Shown piece by piece: positions 57,601 to 64,000 of a stretch of 64,000 bases of DNA (positions are counted from its first letter, which is position 1; every line of letters begins with the position of its first letter). The translations under genes and the position numbers were made by a program. This DNA comes from Leucoraja erinacea (lineage: Eukaryota): contig NC_073381.1 of NCBI RefSeq assembly GCF_028641065.1, forward strand, positions 39,804,001 through 39,868,000, written 5' to 3'. The notes beneath the pieces were generated by a model. It saw nothing but the letters and a program-made list of their open reading frames with translations. It was not told the DNA's origin and ran no database searches.

Positions 57601-60600
57601 TTCTATTATTGGCAGCCATATTTCATTCATGTTCTTCCAATAGCATTTGGATAGTTAACCATTTCCTGCTTTGATAGGAAATCAATCCTGAATTTAAACA
57701 ATTCTCAGTAACTATAGAATGATTGAGAACCTTTGTCAATAAATAGCTCAAGTTTACATTAACGACCCACAGTACCTACCATCAGTGAGAACCAGAGGCT
57801 TAGGAATAAAGGGAGTGGTGGCTGGATATATCACATTCATTTTATTCATTCCCCAGGTTTCATCTTCCCACACGTGTTCCAAAAACAGATTAATGCTATA
57901 CTTGATGCCATACTGGCCATCCATTACATGGCTCTGAAATAAAACATTTAAGTTATTAGAACCAAGTCACTTAAAGCTTCATTGGTAGACATTTAAATGT
58001 TTCTGATTGCGCATTGAGCCCTTCAAGTTCAAGTCTTCAGCTACATGCAGTCAAAAGTGGATGTGCAATTATGTAGAATGCTAAACTGGGTAGGGGCTTT
58101 GGTAGCACTATAGACTGCCAAGCCCAAGATATATTTGAAGTATGAACCACATTGCTCAGCGTACATGTGCTCCAGCCTCAAGACCTCAATCTTACTAATT
58201 TAGCAAGATTAAGATTAGCTTCTATAATTAAAATTGGTTAATATTTAGATGGATGCATTTAAATGTCCAGAGGGCCAAAGGTGATGTCTTCATTTGATAC
58301 TTATGGACATTCATTCCAGCAGCAAATTCAACTAACCTTGTAGTGTCCATCTTGTGCTCCAATTGGAACCTTTACAGCAAGTGCAGTGTCATTTTTATCC
58401 AAAGAATAATTTCTTTCTGTCATTATTTCAGGATCCAATTTGATACCATTTACTCCCATAGAACTGTTGTCTTTAAGAACTGCACTGGTCACAATTGGAG
58501 TGAATATTCTTGGCAATGTCCAGGTGATTAGGTCATCCACAAATGAAATATCACCTGGCAAGTGCAAAGAGAAAACTCGTTGGTTAAGATGCCACATACC
58601 CAATTATTTTAGACAAAGATTAAATAATGTCCTTTAAAAGATAAACTAGAATCTAGTGTTGTGGATCATTTCAAGGATGTGGTTTAGGATGCACTCATGG
58701 TGGGAAGCATATGGTCGATTATTGTGCAGAAAACATCCAGAATTTAATTTCAAACATGTCATTGGTAGACTTGTCTTTAGACTGATAAGGATTTGTTAAA
58801 GGCAAGGTAATCTTAGATCAACTTCACACCCAATTCAGCCAAATCAAATATTACTTAAAGCTTCAACCATTCTGCATGGCTTGATATTTCATTAAAGACA
58901 GGAAAATGACTAGTATCTGCTCACATTGGTAATAATTACCACAGATTACAAGAATGAAATTTTATATCTATTACACCTCCAAGACCACAGGATTGAAGTC
59001 CAGGCTCGAAAGAAAGCTGGCCAACATGTAATTTAGTTGAACATAGTTTTAAATAGAATGCAAATCAGTCAAATACAATTAATAGAACTGTAAAAATATT
59101 TTTACCAAGAGGACAAGCCACTGCAGTGTCAATTAACAGAATGATCCAATGCTGTTTGTAGAAGCTTGTTGATTTGATAACAGACAAGGGAACACCTTGG
59201 ACCTAAGGGAAGAAAGTTAAAGTATTATCTCACTCATCAGTGTTTTGAAGCACCACACACACACACTGCTACTAAGTGGAAAAGTAATTTGTGAACTCAC
59301 CAAAACGACTTCAGCTTCTTTTGTATGATAAGGAGCACGGAGCAAGATACGAGACACTGTGGTGTTGATTCCGTAATTTAGCTGATGTGCTTCTTTCACG
59401 GTCTTACTCACTTTACCACTGGAAGTGTGAAATACCACTTGCCATATTCCAGTTTCTCCTCCGACTGCCTGCATGGAACACCAGGGAAACATGAGCAACT
59501 TGAAAGTAATGAAGCAAATTCAGAAATTAATAACTCCAATTGCATTTCACTTTTGTTCCCAATCAAAACAATGTATTTTATGGATAAATATCAGTTTGAG
59601 AAAGTCCTCAACTTAATCGATACACTTCTTATTTGTAGAATGAAACTGTTGCTATTCATTAAATTAGATTTAATTTGGCAAAACAGGTAGAGAAAAAGGT
59701 GAACCTACTTCAGGAAATGCTAAAGCCCAATCTTCAGCATCTTGAGCGTAATCCTCCTCTATGGTCGGTATCTTTCTTTGTACAGAGACCTGTGCACAAT
59801 TGCAAGATTAGTGCATTGCAATAGAAACATTTGTACTCGAGTACAAACATTAATTTATATTTAATAGAATTGGCCAACACTTTCTCACAAGTTAGTGGCA
59901 AGGTACATTTTAAGATCTTTATTTATTTTGAGTGTTTTCAGTGAAGTTAGGTGGAAAGATGAGATTTAGACATGTAACTAGGGACAACCCAGGATTGTTT
60001 TGGTGTTGCAGATCATGCTCTTTGTCAACTATGGCTATAGTTCTGATCTTAAAAAACAATCAATGGAGTGGCAGAAATTTTGTTCACATTAACTACACAT
60101 TGTGGCACATGGCTCCATCTTGAACAAACAATTTTCTAAACTAATCATGTAGGTCAACAATTTCACAACTTCAATTTTGATGAAAGAATCTCAGCAATGT
60201 CTACAAATCAGAAGTTCAAATGTAATAAAATTTGATGAATTGTAGAACAATTCCTGTATTTGAGGTATGTGCAGAAGCCTCTGATAAAGTTAGTCTGATC
60301 AACTCATCTTCATCATATAGAATGGAGTTTACCTGCATGTAGTTTTCTTCACAGAAGATTTCCCTTTCAGCCCATGGAGAGTACATACAAGATAGAGTTT
60401 CAATGTATGTTGCAGCTCTGGAGGCAGGTCCTGACACTTGTATTTGTATGGTCAGATTAAACTGCTCATCATTCTGCAAATGAATTGGAAATGTACAAGT
60501 TATACCAAGAAAAGCACATGGTGATAATCTTGTCATCCATTGACACCACATGTGTACAATGTTGGGCTTGCTTTAGCATAGATCCATAATGCCATAAGCA

Positions 60601-62781
60601 CTACTTCCAGCTCACCTCCTACTTCAATGGCAGATCACATCCTTAGGATATAGTACTTAACCAAACAGTTGGACATCTAATTTTAAAGCAATCCCCATCA
60701 TCTATGCTGTAGCCATGTGCTCAAATATCCCCATGAAGTACCAGGGAATAGAGTTCAAACCTGACCTTTAGGAGCTCTCTGAAATTTACACATTCTCCTG
60801 CAACTGTGGGTTTGTTCCAGGAGCTCCAACTTTCGCACATCCCAAAGATGTTCAGGTTGGTAGTTTTTTTTTTGGCCAATGCAACATTGTATAGGGAGTG
60901 AATGTGAAATAGGTACAACAGAAATAATGCAAATGGGTGATTGATGGCCGACATAGTTTGGGACCAAAGGGACTGTTTCCATGATGGATCTTGCAATCAA
61001 AACCGTCATCTTCCTAGTAATTACTTACCAGTATTTGCACACCACAGCTGAGGACAGATGCACGGAATTCAACATTCCAGTAATCTACTGAAATTGTGTA
61101 ACCACACTGCGATGCAAATCTTGGTGTTACGGAGAATATATAACCCGACTGATCTGAGACAGGAAAACAGGATAAGTTAAACAGAAGATAGACAAAATGC
61201 TGGAGTAACTCATCAGGACAGGCAGCATCTCTGGAGAGAAGGAATGGGTGATGTTTCATTTAGAGACCCTTCTTCAGCATCTGCAGTTCCTTCCTACACA
61301 CAACAGGATAAGTTACTGTATTTAGTAGGTAGACACAGAATGCTGGAGAAACTCAGTGGGTGAGGCAGCATCTATGGAGAGAAGGAATTTGCAATGTTTC
61401 GGGTCAAGACCCTTCTTCGGAATGTGTATATCGCTACACATAGAAAAAAGCATTGGAATGAAGGACACAAATCCAAAAATTCAGGGAGTAAAGAACCAAA
61501 TAATTACAAATGTTACAAATGGATTAGGAGAATTGTTGCCCCAGTACAGGTAGGAAAGCTGTTGTACTAATTGGTAGGGAGTCAACCTGACAAAGTAACT
61601 GCCAAACCATTACAGACAACATATCAAATGCAACCAAGACAAATTCTAAGACTACAGCAGTAAACTTAAGACTTTATATTAAATTTTTCATAGGACAAGG
61701 TGTTAGATGATTAATGTTGCACTGAACATCCTGATCATCAAATGAAATCATGTTCAAGGATAGATGTGAGATATATTAGGACAAGTACATGGATGGTTTA
61801 GAGAGATATTGGCCAAACAGACAAATAGGACTAGCTTAGAGGAGTATCAAGGGCAGTTGGGCTGAAAGTGTTCCACATGTGTATCTGTACAAAATTGGTG
61901 TGAATAATCTTGCAAAGGGATACTATCTTGTTTCTGCTTAAATCTAACCTAATCACAAAAGCTTAATAGCTTATACAAGGTATTATCTTGGACAAAAGGA
62001 CAGATTTCCAATTCAAACATTGATTAGACAATTACAAACTCTGGTAACAGATGCCCTTATTCAGGATTGTATGCTTTTGAAGCTTCTCGGACTGAAAGTG
62101 CAAAGTGGCTTAAATCACCAATGGAAGTAGAGTGAAACTGCAGCAACATTTAACTAACTTACCCAAAACTTAAATTCAAAGCGAGCAATATTTTCATTGT
62201 ATCTATATCCCATCCTTGGGACAATAAACTGAATTAGAATCTGTTCTATGAATGTTGTATTCAAATTAGATATACTAATCTACTCCCAACATCCACCTTC
62301 AGGTGTAATGTTTTGCGCATAATTGTGAATTGTTTACTCCGCTAGTAATGATCAGTAACGTGGACAATAAACGTCGAGTCAGTGTAGTATCGTTCAACGC
62401 GGTTATAGCTCACGGAAAACTCACCGACGACGTTAATCTGCCACAGTTTCCCAGCGAGAAAGCGCTTGTCCAGTCCGACCCAAAATACACTGTCTCGGCA
62501 TTCAGTCTTCACAAAGCCTGCAGGAAAGTACAGAACACTCCAGTGTTAAGCGGACTGACCCGGCGCCTTTCCTGCCCTCCCCTCCCTCTAGTGCCACCCG
62601 GACACTGACCTGCAGGCGCACTTTGTATCCCCCTGTCAGGAGCTGCCGCGACCGTCGCCACCACCACCCTGTAAAATAAACGAGCGCCCATCAGTGGGAC
62701 GGCAAACCCCGGCGCTGCTCACAAACCCTGCCACCGTCGAATGACAAAAACTCACCCAAATATCAGCAGTACACGCGCCAT
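54676..62781 (-). CDS. ZPAX: Zona pellucida AX-family egg-envelope protein, copy b (intact, ~943 aa); exons 62756-62781, 62610-62668, 62425-62517, 61029-61153, 60333-60473, 59709-59789, 59301-59468, 59106-59202, 58337-58554, 57780-57933, 57005-57219, 56823-56937, 56548-56750, 56352-56469, 56104-56270, 55937-56013, 55738-55865, 55420-55609, 55201-55345, 55038-55131, 54875-54970, 54676-54797
   Basis: Signal peptide MARVLLIFGVVVATVAA; [38 protein letters not shown]; ZP module CFPNG...SCGTTRR, YKKDEYPVVKYLAVPLYFEVQLL...LQSCWAT, KRFEVKTFAF, VYFHCSVVLC; basic site RKQRMGR|S; TM WPVLLIGGATIIVSSIALGIVG; all introns GT-AG; exon lengths sum to 2832 nt in frame. Confidence 0.92.
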
Positions 62782-63000
62782 GGTCCAAAGCTCGCCCGTC
62801 CGGGCGGTGTCCGTCTTGTGTTGTTGCATCGTCCCCGTTTGCAAGAGACAGAGCGTGAACCCGCTGTAAATGGAAGCAGCGGGAAGGGGGCGCGCGCTAT
62901 TTATCCGGGTCCGGGTGGGACAGCGCGGCGGACACCTGGCGCTGATTGCAGGCGGACATGTGACCCGCGTCCAGGTGATGCGCCGAAAATGAATGATACC
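62782..63000 (-). promoter_or_regulatory. ZPAX-b CpG-rich promoter with E-boxes
   Basis: TATA-like ATAAATA 62898-62904; E-boxes at 62933-62938, 62957-62962 and 62982-62987; E-boxes bound by FIGLA are the known oocyte element of ZP promoters. Confidence 0.65.
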
Positions 63001-64000
63001 GGGGTATAGGATTGACCGTAATAAACACCGCTAGTGGAATTGTTTACTCACCGCTCCAGTGAACCGCTACCTAAGTATACTGGGACTTGATGTAACAGCA
63101 GTAGTTTTGAGAGCATTGCACCGGTAAGCCAGCATTGATTTTCATGTTCAGGTCTCATGGTGAAAGTGGATCCCACAACATTCTGACTCAAATGCAAGGA
63201 ACTTTCAATTGACTAAGGTCAGAGTACCAATTGTTAGATATCAACATTTCCAACATAAAATACTGTAACGTTAATTTGCAACTGATGTATAAAAATCATG
63301 CTTTGTCAATATTTCTCTCACTTTATGATGGCATAAAGACTCTTAACAACATTGATGTAAAATTGATCTTCACAATTCACAAGTGCCCAGCTCTTTGAAA
63401 GTGGCAATACAGTGGCAATACCCAGATTTTAAATACTCTAATAAATGAGTGATTTTTGATATCCTAACATACTCTCACACATAAAACAGCTGACATTGTA
63501 CATTTCAGATTATAGGTTTGATATGTGAACTGAAATTCCATTTAAATCTGCTACAATTGTCAAGTAAATTGACAGTTTCTAACAACTTTTTACCCTGCAA
63601 AATGAGGAAGTTAAACCATACAAATTCTGAAGAAGGATCTCGACCCAAAACATTTATTCTCTCCAGAAGTGCTGCCTGTCCCTCTGAGTTACTCCAACAT
63701 TTTGTGTCTACCATGCAAAGTTACACAATCTGTGCAAAGTTATACAATCGATCTCAACTGAAAAATTATCTCTTGTGCAATGGTTAGGCTTAAATATTAG
63801 GTATTATTTATTTTGTTTTGTTTGGGAAGAGAGTTATTGCAATAATATTATTATACTAGTCCATCTAACTAAATACCTTTAGTAATTATTTTCTTGAATA
63901 AAAGACACAAATTATATTAATACAGTGGCAGTGTCCTTTAATAATGTAAGTGACTGGAGAAGTTAAGTGACGTGCCAACTCAGTGTGACTCACAAAGAGA

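Noticed and set aside
62509-62691. ATG 62691 as the ZPAX-b start
   Set aside because: It lies in intron 1; the Kozak ATG at 62781 with GG|GTGAGT gives a better signal peptide and matches the copy-a structure

Overview
Vertebrate genomic DNA, most likely a cartilaginous fish (skate/ray-type repeat landscape; inference). On the + strand it carries the last two exons of WDR35 followed only ~470 bp later by the complete 3-exon TTC32. A putative unannotated spliced gene for a small SAM-domain-like protein lies at ~20.3-24.7 kb. Two tandem, diverged ZPAX-family egg-envelope genes lie on the - strand: ZPAX-a, 23 exons, 26792-34631, with three GC donors, a 1-bp frameshift and no clear furin site or TM; and ZPAX-b, 22 exons, 54676-62781, intact, ~943 aa, with furin-like site and TM. 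Between them is a nest of transposons: CR1, Rex1, L1/Tx1, RTE-like, two Gypsy remnants and a TIR element with a 7-bp TSD. An orphan duplicate of the ZPAX-b promoter and first coding exon abuts the 5' LTR of a dead Gypsy element, and its exon is phase-compatible with ZPAX-a exon 2. All exon coordinates were read by hand from splice signals and reading frame; no database searches were run.
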